NCBI GenBank assembly: GCA_002269645.1
Contig: NIVC01001810.1
Location: 1-64,000 of the forward strand
Length of the DNA: 64,000 bases
Origin: Macrostomum lignano
Lineage: Eukaryota
Direction: 5' to 3'
Position numbers and translations under genes: made by a program. How positions within the stretch are numbered: the first letter of the stretch is position 1; every line of letters starts with the position of its first letter. The notes below the pieces were generated by a model. It made no database searches. It saw nothing but the letters and a program-made list of their open reading frames with translations, and was not told where the DNA came from. Of this stretch, positions 1-11,700 are shown one piece after another.

Positions 1-3000
1 CCTGGTCCAGCGACATCTGTAGAGGGCCCAGTAGCTCACCCCAGCCGGCCCTGGTTGCCGCCAGCCACTTCAGCGCACCGACAGGCTCCGCACCGCCGAC
101 TTGGGCACCGAGAACTGCATGACCAGGCCCAGGCCGAGGTCCTCCTGCGTCTGCGCTCCTTTGAACTGCTCCGACACTGCTTTCTTGATGACCAGCTTCT
201 TCTGTTGACTACTGACTCGGTCTCCGGGGCCAGCAGCAGCTCCAGCGTGTACGCGTCTCCGTGGCTGCGGACAGTTGGTTGGATTTTAATTCTCTAGCTA
301 ATAATGCCTAGTAATGTTGCGAAAGATAATTACGGTATTTTATTGCCAATTCAAAAAAGAAAAAACCAATAACTCGTGTGCCTACAACAAGGTGGTTAGT
401 TGTCAGGGGTTTCAAAATGTCCTTTGCAAATAGTAAAACAGAAGCTCTCACCGACTCCTTAGCTGCTGCACGGTGCCACGAGATCATCCTGCCCTTGTTC
501 ATGATGCCCACCCGACTGCACAGAGCCTCGACCTCCTCCATGCTGTGAGTCGTGACCATGACCGACCTTGCTTGTGCACCATGCGGCGGATGGCGCCCCA
601 GATGAAGCGCTTGTTCTCGGGATCTACGCCGGTCGAGGCCTCGTCGATGACGATGAGCGCCGGGTCGCCCAGCAGAGCGATGGCGAGGCAGAGACGCCGC
701 TTGTTGCCGCCCGACAGCTGGCCGGCCTGCTTGTCGCTGTGCTGCGACAGGCCGAGGCTCTGCATCAGCCGTGTCTGTCGCTCCGCCTCGATCGAGTCCA
801 GACCGCGGATGTCCGCGTAGAAGCGGATGTGCTCGGCCACGGTGATGCAGTTTGAACAGCGGGTTGTGCTGCGGGCAGTAGCCGATGGCGCCGACTGTGG
901 CTCCTTCCCGACCGGACAACCAGGCACCATCCTGCACGTGGACCTCGCAGCTCCCTCCGTCGCGACCTCCTCGCCGACAATCACCGACATGGAGGTGGAC
1001 TTGCCGGCTCCGTTCGCGCCCAGCAGACCGAAGATCTCACCGGCCATCGCTCGAAGGTGACGCCTCGCACAGCGTGGACTCCGTTGGGTAAATCTTTTGC
1101 AGCTGTCGCACCTCCAGCACGTTCTTGGAGCCCCTGGGAGCCGCCAGCACCCGCTCTGCTTCTTTCTTTGCGCCTTCTTCTATGTCGCTGTCTGCTTTTA
1201 CAGGTCTTTTCGTTAGACTTTTTTGCAGAAGAAATTCCTAATGTTCTCGATTGTTACCGTTTGGTTCTCAAGCATGCAGATAGCACAGCACAGTAAAATT
1301 ATGTGCAGTGGTAAAGCCAGCGTTGAATAAAAACGTCTGAATACTTCCATATATTCCTCACGAGGCCAGGCAGCGCAGATGCATCTTTCTTCTTGTAGTA
1401 TTGAGCTTTGTAGACCACATACTCTACGCAGCAGCACATTAGGCGTAGTGGTGTCAAAAGCGGTAATATCGAAATCATCACCCGCAGGCCGTTACGTTTC
1501 TAACAGCATAAGAAACCATTACCAAAGAAATGAAGACGGCGTTGCAGCAGACAGTAACTACCATGCTCTTTCTCTTGCTGATGAGGGCTATCGTATAGAT
1601 GGTCAGAAGGTTGGAAGTTATTCCAAAAATTAGCGCAGGCAGAAATCCTCGAGGATGAGATACGCAGATCTGTGGGCTGCGGACAGCATTAGCAGGCCAA
1701 AAGCAGCGCTGAAAAAGGTCGCGTACTGAAGCCAGTGTAAGGCAAATGTGTTGATCCAGTAGGAAAACCGGCCCATACCAGTCGACAGGAGGTAAGCACG
1801 TACTCTGCTGCTTATGTCTTCGATTGGGTCAGTCAGGTAGGAAGCTGGGATAAGATTAAAGAGAAAAAACATATAAACCACTCCCATTCCAAAGTCAAAA
1901 AAACCGCCAAGCGGATTCAGATACGACAAGGCCGTTGATTCTCCAGGTTCAGTCGAGAGAAATTGTCCAAAGAGCTTGGCGATTCCCCTGCGGAAAATGT
2001 GCACTGGTAGAACACGTACACTTTCCTCATAATAGACACCTATGCTGATAGATCTGTTGGAGCCGGTTGCATTCAGCAGCCAGGAAGATGCATAATAGAT
2101 TACGCAAGGAATCATCGATTTGCTATCTAACAATTGTTTCTCTTCATTCCAGCTCGCAGTGCTTCTGTTGTAGAACTCTGCGCCATAAAGTCATTCAGAC
2201 TCTGAGACTCGGGCTTCACTAGAACAATTGGCTTCTTTTTCTGGGCATCACCACCCAGAGCCAGAGCTCTGCAGATGTCGGAACCGCCAGCAATGTCAGT
2301 CTGATTCAAATCAAAGACACAAGCCGTAGCCAGCTCTGTGAAGCCGAAATCTGTTGCTCGAATTTTACCTCGTAGACTTTTTAGACATGGCGTCCATTTC
2401 GATTAAATCAATGTCGGTTTCATTTTTTCTTTTCGAATTCGTGTATGTAAGAGACTGATAAGTTATCAGAATCAGCAACACGGAAGGCAGTAAAACTCTG
2501 CTTAAAAGAGTAATCCAACCGCGCAACACTCTCTTGAAGTTCACCTGAAAGAATGCCACGAACTGTTTGATTGCAGAATGTTTTGTCTGACGCGATATCC
2601 CTTGTCCTTGTAGATCCGAATCTTCTTTCGCTAAAGATTTCTCAACCGACAAAACAGCGCGCTCTGAAGGCAGGGAGCGTGTCAGAGTATCCGACTGAAA
2701 TGCCTTGATGATCTCTTCGGAATCCATCCCGCCAAGCTTCATAAAAACGTCGTCCAGTGACGCTTGAGACAGACGAACGTTTCAACCTCGCTGCTGGTCT
2801 CCAGCACCTGCACCGCCTCGGTCAAAACAGACGAGTTCAATGCGGGAACCTCCAGCTGCAGCTCGGTCTCCTCCCGGCTCTTTTAATCGGACCTGCTTCA
2901 GCTTGGCCAGCAGCGACTCCGCGCCTGACTTGGACTTCAGCGACACATTCAGCGTGAAGCTGCAGCCGAACGCTCGCTTCAGAAACATCGAAGACCCAGC

Positions 3001-5462
3001 GCACACGATCTTGCCGCCGCACAGGAAGATCTTGCGGTCCGCCAGGATGTCCGCCTCGTCCATGAACTGCGTGCACAGGATGATGGAGCGGGCGCTCTTC
3101 TCCTCCTGCAGCAGCTGCCACAGCTGCCGCCTCGACACCGGGTCCAGTCCGCTCGTTGGCTCGTCGAGAAACACAACGTCCGGGTCGCCCAGCAGAGCTA
3201 GGATCGTGCTCACCTTTCTCTTCTGACCGCCGCTCAGGTCGCAAGACAGCACATCCTCCTTGTCTCCGAGACCGAGTCTCTGCAGCATTCCGCGAGCTCT
3301 CTCCAGCTGGCTGGTGTCGCTGGCCGCCCTGCTGACCAGCGTGACTCGGATGCACTCCATCACGGTGAGCGAGTCGCAGAGGGCGTCGAACTGCGGACAG
3401 GTGCTGATCCGACCTCTGAGCGACAGACGGAGCAGCGAGTTCGTCACCAGACAGCCGCCGATGTGGGCCGTTCCCTCGTCTGGCAGCTCCTCGCCTGTGA
3501 GGATTCTGATGAGCGTCGACTTGCCAGCGCCGTTGTGTCCGATGAGAGCCGTGATCTGGCCTCGGTAAATGGTGCCTGCAGTTTTTAGGAATATAAAATT
3601 AGCATCTTAGAGAAAGAGCGTTAATTATTTAAGTTCAGTGATGCTGCGAGATTCATTAAGTGTAGCAATGCCTAATGTGGCTGTTACATTCTCCAGTGTA
3701 AAAACAATTATTTACTTCTTTTAGCAGTGTGCTATGTGGTCAGAATTTAAGGAGTAATAAACAATTCATTTTCTTATGACTAGTATAGAATATAGATTGT
3801 ATATAGACACTAAATGCTTGCGCAAACAGCATATAGGCATATTGGTGATGCAGACTTACATGACAGCTGCTTCAACACGAGCCACTTCATTCTCCCGGAA
3901 CAGCAGCCGCTGCTGTACGTCTTGCTGACCTCCTTGGCTTCAACAATCGAAGAAAGACCAATCACCGGCTCGATATTGGGTTCGGATTTTTTCGCATCAT
4001 TGCTTTTAGTATCTTCTATGGCAGCGCTTGTCGCCACCTGTGGCCGCCAGAAGCTGGCCCTGACTGGATAGCTCAGCGATAAGCAAAAGCCGTTGCCCGT
4101 CCTCACCAGAAAGTCCAAGTAAAATTTCAGCAGCATCAGGACGAAAAATCCTATCAAATTCGCGACTAGAATTTGAGACAGCCGGCTTGGATTGACCTTC
4201 GAATGTCTTTTTCCAGTCCAGAGACGCTCCTCGTCGAGGCTGAATTTTCCGCTAATGAACTCAGCGGAGAACAGTATGGGAAACAGGTGTAGCATAACGG
4301 TCCCAGTGCTTTCCAAAAACTTACGGTTAGAAAATGCGGCGATGCAGACAATGCTGACGGCCATTGTAGATGAGACTACCAGAATGAATGACGGCAGCAG
4401 CAGCTCAAGCAGCAGTGCAAAGGCAGCCAGGTAGAGGCAGTAAAGCAGAAAGAAGCCAAATATGCTGGCCATGCCTGCAGCCGAGAATACGCCTGGACAC
4501 TGAACTGTGTGAGATGCCGTATAAATTCCAGCAAAAACGAGACACTCAGTTAGAGTGACGAGCCAGATAACAAGCCAATAGGCGGATACCGACAGTCCAT
4601 TGCGAAACAGCTGCTGCAGGAAGCCTCCTGTCTTGAGTATTCGGATGCAGGATATGGTAGAGCTGAGCAGATAGAACATCATGCCAATAGCTGAAAGGCC
4701 GGCTGTGAAGCCTGTGCCAAGCTGAAACAAACTTTCAAGCGAGCCGTCCTTGACCCAGCCTGCACAGGTAGACTGCGGCAGGTCTGCATTCAGTTTCGCA
4801 GTCGAAGGCAGCTTATCAGCCGCCGAACTGTTGCTGGATTTAGTATGACGCTGCAAAAATAGCCGCAGGTTAATAAAATGCGCAGGTGAAAATCGTTTCG
4901 CCATTGACTGAACCATGATGCTGTATAGAAAGGCGCACCTAAAGCTGGCCAGCTTGTACTGCTCTTCATCTTTAAAGCATTCAAGTACTGATCTTTTCGT
5001 TTCGGGTGTTTTTGAGTACCTGATAAGGGCAATCACTGACTCATCAGACCGATGGATGAACTGCTCCCTGCACTCGCTCTCTGAGCCGCAGTCTTCAATC
5101 CAGTTGGTGCTGCTGCCTCCGGACATCTGCACGATACTGGCTGCAGCCGTTGTCTCGGCGGAGAAGTCAGAACGGCCCGCCAGAACTTTGGCCTTTGATG
5201 TAGCAAAGTCCGCCGCTCCATAGGACAGGAATCGATCGTTCAATGCATCAGCGCCGGCGTTGGAAGTCGCGTGTGGTGTCAAGAACGGAAGCACGTGCTG
5301 GTTAGACATCAGCAGAGGTATTGGAATGATCAGAAAGGCGAAGCGCCATGACTTGAGCTTTAGCAGCAGCAGCAGCAGTTGTTTGCAGATCCAGAAGTAG
5401 CTTCCAGTCGTGGCTGAACGCTTGCTTTCATGTTGCTTATCGTCAATCTGGTTGCCTGACAT
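1..5462 (-). pseudogene. ABCA: ABCA-family full transporter, copy 1. Exon 1 5462-3860, exon 2 3575-452, exon 3 264 to beyond the window start. Many frameshifts: either a pseudogene or consensus errors.
   Basis: NBD1 has GHNGAGKST, LSGGQKRK and VFLDEPTSGLDP; NBD2 has GANGAGKST, LSGGNKRRL and THSMEE. GT-AG junctions (3859/3576 and 451/265) sit at the same codon positions as in copies 2 and 3. Alignment by eye to copy 3 shows multiple 1-nt indels (near 20, 475, 565, 850, 945, 1650, 2775). Confidence 0.85.
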
Positions 5463-5593
5463 TGGTTTGTTATATTTTTGTTGACTTTAACCTCGAGCTA
5501 CCAATCGTATTGAGCAGAACTGGGGCCTAATACCTTTTAAATCTTTCAGTTGGCTTTGCGGCTTTTACTTTTTTAAAGCCAGCAAAGCTCTGC

Positions 5594-5640
5594 CCCCACA
5601 CATGGACTTCTATACTTAGTATAGAAGTCCATGCCCCACA
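5594..5640. repeat. 33-bp perfect palindrome (16-bp arms, 1-nt centre) flanked by a 7-bp direct repeat CCCCACA; possible collapsed TIR-only transposon remnant
   Basis: 5601-5633 reads CATGGACTTCTATACT-T-AGTATAGAAGTCCATG. CCCCACA lies at 5594-5600 and 5634-5640. Confidence 0.7.
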
Positions 5641-5861
5641 ACACCGCAAGGGTGCTGCGTCTCCTGCGCCGTACGTGCAGTGCCATAGACAGAACCGCAT
5701 TTTCTCACGCCCAAATTTTCCCGACAGTTTTTTTACCGCCGAGGTTTGGCTGCCTAGGTTATGCGGAACTAATCACCGGAACTATTTTTGAATGCATTCT
5801 TAAATCTGAAGCCATATTCAAACAAAAACTTTTTAATAGTTAGACAAAACTCAATATTATT

Positions 5862-5899
5862 TGCGACGCGTTTCGGCTAAAACTAGCCATCTTCAGGCA
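5862..5899 (-). ncRNA. Minimal type I hammerhead ribozyme motif (antisense copy)
   Basis: Exact reverse complement of 5996-6033. Confidence 0.7.
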
Positions 5900-5995
5900 C
5901 TATCGAACAGTTGCTGGATCGAACAGTTTCTTTTCAATACCTGATTTTGTCGTCTACACAGTATTTAATAGGTTGAAATAAATTCTGTTCGATAG

Positions 5996-6033
5996 TGCCT
6001 GAAGATGGCTAGTTTTAGCCGAAACGCGTCGCA
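5996..6033 (+). ncRNA. Minimal type I hammerhead ribozyme motif; predicted cleavage after C6030 (GUC)
   Basis: UGC-CUGAAGA-U-GGCUA(GUUU)UAGCC-GAAA-CGC-GUC-GCA. This gives the CUGANGA and GAAA cores, a 5-bp stem II, a palindromic stem III (ACGCGU) and a 3-bp stem I (UGC/GCA). Confidence 0.75.
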
Positions 6034-6173
6034 AATAATATTGAGTTTTGTCTTACTATTATCTGTTAAGAGTGCTTCTCTACCGCAATTCTATTTTTAA
6101 TAGTTAGGATAGAGGTAACCAAAAAAATTGGAGTAAATTCGCGTTAAATTAAGATTTGAGGCATTTGAAACTT

Positions 6174-6450
6174 CTCTCCCCTTCTCGTATTTAACAATCT
6201 TCTCTTCTGTCTCCTCTCTTCTCTCTTCTCTTTCCTCTCTCCTTCCTTTCTTTTCTCGTCTCATCTATCACCTTATCTCGTGTCTCTACTCTCTCATCTC
6301 TCGTATCTCTCCTCTCCTCTCTGCTCTTCCATCCCTTCTCTCTCCTTTATTTTTCTATTATCTGCTCTCCTTTTTTCTCTCCTCTTATGTTCTCTCTCAT
6401 TTAATCTTTCACCTCTTCTCTCTCCTCTATTCCTACTCCTTTCTTCCCTC
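6174..6450. repeat. CT-rich low-complexity tract
   Basis: Near-pure pyrimidine run on the + strand. Confidence 0.8.
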
Positions 6451-6488
6451 ATCTGGCCCGCAGCCATGATCTCTTATCTGGCCCTTGA

Positions 6489-6767
6489 GGACTCAGAACT
6501 GAAGGGTCGGGGGTTCGATTCATTTTCTCGACTCACTTGGAACAAACTGTGTCCTTGAGCAAGACACTTCACTCTGAATTGCTTCAGCTCACCCAGCTGT
6601 AAAATGGGTGCCACCAGCATTAGCTGGGGTAATTGGAGTGGGTGTGGCGACCCCCCAGTCCTTGGACTGAACAGCCGTATGCAGCCTTCAGATGCGCCGC
6701 GCAATAGCTGCGTCTGAGCTGTCGGTTGCACATCTGTCAATTAGGGCGGATGTAATAAAAAATAAAG
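6489..6767 (+). mobile_element. tRNA-headed SINE copy A (5' part degenerate)
   Basis: B-box GGTTCGATTC and CORE-like TGTGTCCTTGAGCAAGACACTT...CCAGCTGTAAAATGGG. The 3' body CAGTCCTTGGACTGAACAGCCGTA...GCTGTCGGTTGCA is shared with the copies at 48351-48532 and 50203-50468. A-rich tail present. Confidence 0.75.
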
Positions 6768-8713
6768 ATGGTTGATCTCGGCCAGCTGAGCAGCCTTGAG
6801 CTGTCCAGCCGGGCGTGTAAAAGTTGCTGCTCTTCGCCTTCGCACTGCTGGCAGCAAATTTAGTGCTGATAAATGGAGAAGGAAAAATCCTGTTGCCGCT
6901 GGTGCTGCGAAACTCCTCCCACTGTCTGCAGACAGCCGCTCCGGAGTTCTTGGATATAAACCATAGTCTAGCCCGGGTGATGACGCAATGCTTGAGAGAC
7001 TAGCTGAAGATGTCCGTCAGTTGTGGTTTTCCACTGTCGAGGCTCCATCAGAGACATCAGAAAATTCGCAACAGGGTCTTCATAGTCACCTGGTGTCAAC
7101 TGCTGAAGTTCCAGAAGCTCCGCCTGGTGAAGTTATGAAATTTCGAGGCTTGGCAAGTCTGCACTGAGGCGCATTGCTGGTTGGCACAAAGGAAAAATCC
7201 GACCTTCTGGCACAATCGTTGAATATCTCTTTATGTCACTATTCCTTTGATAATGCTGATCAATCAAAATACATCAATCTACTTTGTTTCATCAGAGTAT
7301 TTCCAAGGGTGCTTGCGTTACCTGATTCATTGGAGCCAACGTTCCCGTTTTTATGCTGTCATGGTTAAAGTACAGGTGCCCATCGAGGCATCGCGCATCC
7401 ACTGTTTGCATGGCCAGTGATGTCGCCAGAGTGATGAACCGCGGGGCTCTTCGGTGAGGCGGTTACCCAACGAATGAACAACAACACACATAATCGTTTT
7501 TCAAGAATTTTGGCACTGAAAAGGTCTTCTTCTGGTCCTGTGCCACAAAGCTGTACCACCGGACTCAGTTACTGCGGTTTCAGCCGGTGTGGGATACCCG
7601 CGTCCTCAGCAAAATGGGTTCCGGCCCCATAGCGGATGAGTCGCGAATGCGCCTGTAGATCCTGATTGCTATCTTTATAGACTTTTTAATTCTGACGTCA
7701 GGGTCGTACTTCGAGCGTACAACATGACGCCATCAGGATCAGGGATGTCTCACAAAAGCTGATATACCGTTGATACCGGACGGCCTATCGGACTTCTTTG
7801 ATACAACCCGTGAGGTGCTCAAGGGAGTCTAATGTTTGACTGGGTGTTTGACTGGACTGCTCTTCCTGCTTTCTGCTAAGCTAACGGGTGGATTGACGCC
7901 AGCTCAGCGTGCTTGGCTCAACCAGAGCTTAACCGTCCAGGGCACGATCCAACGACAGCTAAACAAGCTGCATGCTGTTGCAGCGAGTGCCAGCCTGATG
8001 GCCAACGCACAGAAGCTCGTTGAGCTCTGTGTTCAAGGCTGCAATTTTGTGCGGATACTGACGCACTGGCGACAAAACTTCAGCGCTGTCAGCAGTTTAT
8101 CTGCCTCAGCGGTTGGGTTGCCAGGGGCTGCCTTTCGTTCTGGACGCTGACAGATCGCTCACAGCAATTTGATCCGAAGCACTCTGGCTTGCTGTGCGCC
8201 TTCAAAATCGGTGCTGAGCAAGGCTCCGACACAGCAGTATCGCTGCGCCGGCCTTGTCAGGCCAAGCGACCTGTTGCGCCGTCGGGGAGTCCAACTGGCA
8301 AACCACATCACCCGCGCCAAGTCATAGCTCTTTCACAAGGGGCGTTTCATCGACTGCTTGCTGGCTGACGCCGTTGCCCCGCCCTGTGACGCTGCTCCAG
8401 TTAAGACCCTGACTGATAGCTGATGGTTAAAACCTACAGAAAAACAAAATTTAAAATTAAAAATAACTCAGAGCAGGAATATAAGCAAGATTCAGGCATC
8501 ATAACAAAGAAAACTATTTAAAAAGCAAAATGCTCTCTTGTTGGAAGCTTCAGCGAGGCGAGACTACCATAGAGTACTGCTGAGTGCAAAAGATTTTAGT
8601 TAACAGCAACATACAATTTCTCTATTCATGTAGGTGGGACGGACTTTGTTGCAGCCCAACACTGCAGAGGTTCGCAGTCGGCAAGCAAGCAACAAAAGCT
8701 ACGAACCTCCTGA

Positions 8714-11700
8714 ATGCCACTCGTCAATAGAAAGCAGCCGTCAACAGCTGCGTCCAAGCCGGGGCAGACTCTGAACTCTAAAATCTGGTTTGAACAGTTT
8801 AAGATGCTGCTTCTGCTGCTGCTGAAGCTCAAGGCAGCGCGCTTTGCTACAGTTTTTATACCCATAGCATTGGTAGCCTCCAGTCTTTATATAGTGCCTC
8901 TCCTTGGCGACATCAAATCGGAAACAGGAAAAAACGGCAGCGATCAGCGTGTCTTCTACAGCGCCTCCGACTTTGCAGCATCGAAGGCCAAAGTTCTGGT
9001 TGACCGCTCCAGCTTCCCGGCTGAAACAGCAGCCGCGATCAGCATCATGAAAGCTGGAGGTGGCGATGCTAATTGGATTGAGGAGTGCGGGCCAGAGGCC
9101 GACTGCAGAGAGCGGTTCATCAATCTCGGAGGACACGAAGCCATTGTTGCCCTGATCCGCTACTCAAAAAAACCAGACGAATCGCGAGCTGTATTGGAAT
9201 GTCTCCACCTTCATGGAGCTAAAGTCGATATCAGATGCGCTTTTCTGTACAAGGTGATGGTTCTGTCTATCCAGGCAACCTTGGGGTTCGTGAATTTTAA
9301 AGAGATACAAATGTTTCAACTTTTTGAAAAATATTCAAACAATAGCGATCAGGTAGAGCGCTATGACAACGAAAAGACGAAATCCTTGCCAAACTCGGTT
9401 TGTGCCAATGGGGTTAAAAAAGATACATTTAGCCAATTGACGTCAACGTTTGTACGCATCTCAGTCAGCCTGTCAGCGATCGGAGTGAACTTCTACCTGC
9501 TCATCTCTACTGTCTCCTGCATTCGAATAGTCAGGACCGATGGCTTCCTGCAGCAGCTGTTTCGCAGCGGCCTGTCCGTGTCTGCCTATTGGCTGGTAAT
9601 TTGGCTCGTCACTGCGCTCGAGTGCCTTTTTTCGCGGGCGTTTTCACAGCATCGAACGCGCTGGAGTGTTTGGGAGTTTTTCCAGCCTCAGCCATGGCCC
9701 GCCTCTTCATCTTATTCACACTGTTTTGCCTCAACCTGGCTGCCTTCATGCTGCTGCTGGAGCTGCTGCTGCCACCTCTGGCACTCGTGTCCATGATGAC
9801 CATCGTGATGAGCATCGGACTTCTGGTAGCAAGTTTCAACAGTACTTTTCTTCAAGAACAAGCGAAATTCTTATTGTACATTTTTTCGCCACTGTTCGCC
9901 ACTGAGTACATCATCAAGCTGTTCAACTCTGAGGTGAGGCGACAGTTCTCAGTAGCTGAGCTGAAGCATGAAGACGACTCTGAGCGACTCTCCCAGATTC
10001 TGACCTGGACAGCGATTGGGCTGCTGCTGTTTGCTCTGTTGCTGACTTATCTGGACTTCATGCTGAGCAGCGGCAATGGTCTTTGTCTATCACCGCACTA
10101 CCCGTTCATGCCCGACTTCTGGTGCCCGAAAGGCCACAAGGACCGCAGCGACTCCGCTCCGAGCCAAGGCCCAACAGAAAAGACCGAACTGAACATCGAA
10201 CCCGTGATGGGGCTGCAACCCGTTGTCCTTGTGAAGGATGTCAGCAAGAAATATCAGAGCTGCTGTTTTTTCCTTTCAGACGGACCAACTGTGCTAAAGA
10301 AACTGTCCTGTAAGCTGTTTCTCTGGCTCTGCCGTTGCCTAAAATCCAATTTTCCATGACATACTGCAAATTGAAAGTACCCAGGAGTTCCTGACATCTT
10401 AGAGCTGAGATAGTAGAACTGAGATGGAAGAGCTGAGATAGTAGAGCTGAGAACTTGGAGCTAAGATGATAGAGCTGATTCAGAATTAATTGTCAAGTAC
10501 TACAAGGGGAGAAAAAACAATCAGTGCAAATCTTTCTATCGTAAAATTGTTTAATTGTCATTATCAAGATACCAGTGCACAGTGCAAAAAATTAAAATTA
10601 TCAGTAACTGGCCAATCGCTATTAGTGGGGCGGGGGTTGTTTGCCGGCGCCCCTGTGTTTGGGGTGGGTCTCGTGTATGGGGGAATAAATCGAAGCCTTT
10701 GAAGGGAGTGGATTTCGGTAGGGGGGCTTTTTGGCTTGCTGTTCTCTCCTTCGCTTGGCTGGCGCTGCCTGATACAGCTAGCTATAAGTGATTTCCGCTC
10801 ATTTCACAATCAAATGCAGGCACGATTTACCGAGGCCAGATCACGGCTCTCATCGGACACAACGGCGCTGGAAAGTCGACGCTCATCAGAATCCTCACAG
10901 GCGAGGAGCTGCCAGACGAGGGAACGGCCCACATCGGCGGCTGTCTGGTGACGAACCCGCTGCTCCGTCTGTCGCTCAGAGGTCGGATCAGCACCTGTCC
11001 GCAGTTCGACGTCCTCTGCGACTCGCTCACTGTGATGGAGTGCATCCGAGTCACTCTGGTCAGCAGGGCGGCCAGCGACACCAGCCAGCTTGAGAGAGCT
11101 CGCGGAATGCTGCAGAGACTCGGTCTCGGAGACAAGGAGGATGTGCTGTCTTGCGACCTGAGCGGCGGTCAGAAGAGAAAGGTGAGCACGATCCTGGCTC
11201 TGCTGGGCGACCCGGACGTTGTGTTTCTCGACGAGCCAACGAGCGGACTGGACCCGGTGTCGAGGCGGCAGCTGTGGCAGCTGCTGCAGGAGGAGAAGAG
11301 CGCCCGCTCCATCATCCTGTGCACGCAGTTCATGGACGAGGCGGACATCCTGGCGGACCGCAAGATCTTCCTGTGCGGCGGCAAGATCGTGTGCGCTGGG
11401 TCTTCGATGTTTCTGAAGCGAGCGTTCGGCTGCAGCTTCACGCTGAATGTGTCACTGAAGTCCAAGTCAGGCGCGGAGTCGCTGCTGGCCAAGCTGAAGC
11501 AGGTCCATGTCAAAAGCCTTGATGAAACCGAACTGCAGCTGGAGGTTCCCGCATTGAACTCGTCTGTTTTGACCGAGGCAGTTCAGGTTCTGGAGACCAG
11601 CAGAGAAGTCGAGACGTTCGGTCTGTCTCAGGCTTCTCTCGATGACATTTTCATGAGGCTGGGCGGGATGGATTCTGAAGACGTTGTTCGGGCATTTCAA

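Larger units (their letters stand above)
5844..6093 (+). mobile_element. Short Penelope-like element (PLE) insertion: pLTR-like unit with an inverted partial copy
   Basis: 14-bp direct repeat TTTTTAATAGTTAG at 5830-5843 and 6094-6107. Perfect 69-bp inverted arms at 5842-5910 and 5985-6053. A 40-nt unpaired 3' tail follows. A hammerhead core typical of PLE pLTRs lies in the arms. Confidence 0.7.

Noticed and set aside
6770-8400. Protein-like stretches on the minus strand (e.g. ELQQLTPGDYEDPVANFLMSLMEP) suggesting a decayed TE or gene
   Set aside because: Frequent stops, no motif I can name and no termini. A TBLASTX or HMM search would be needed.
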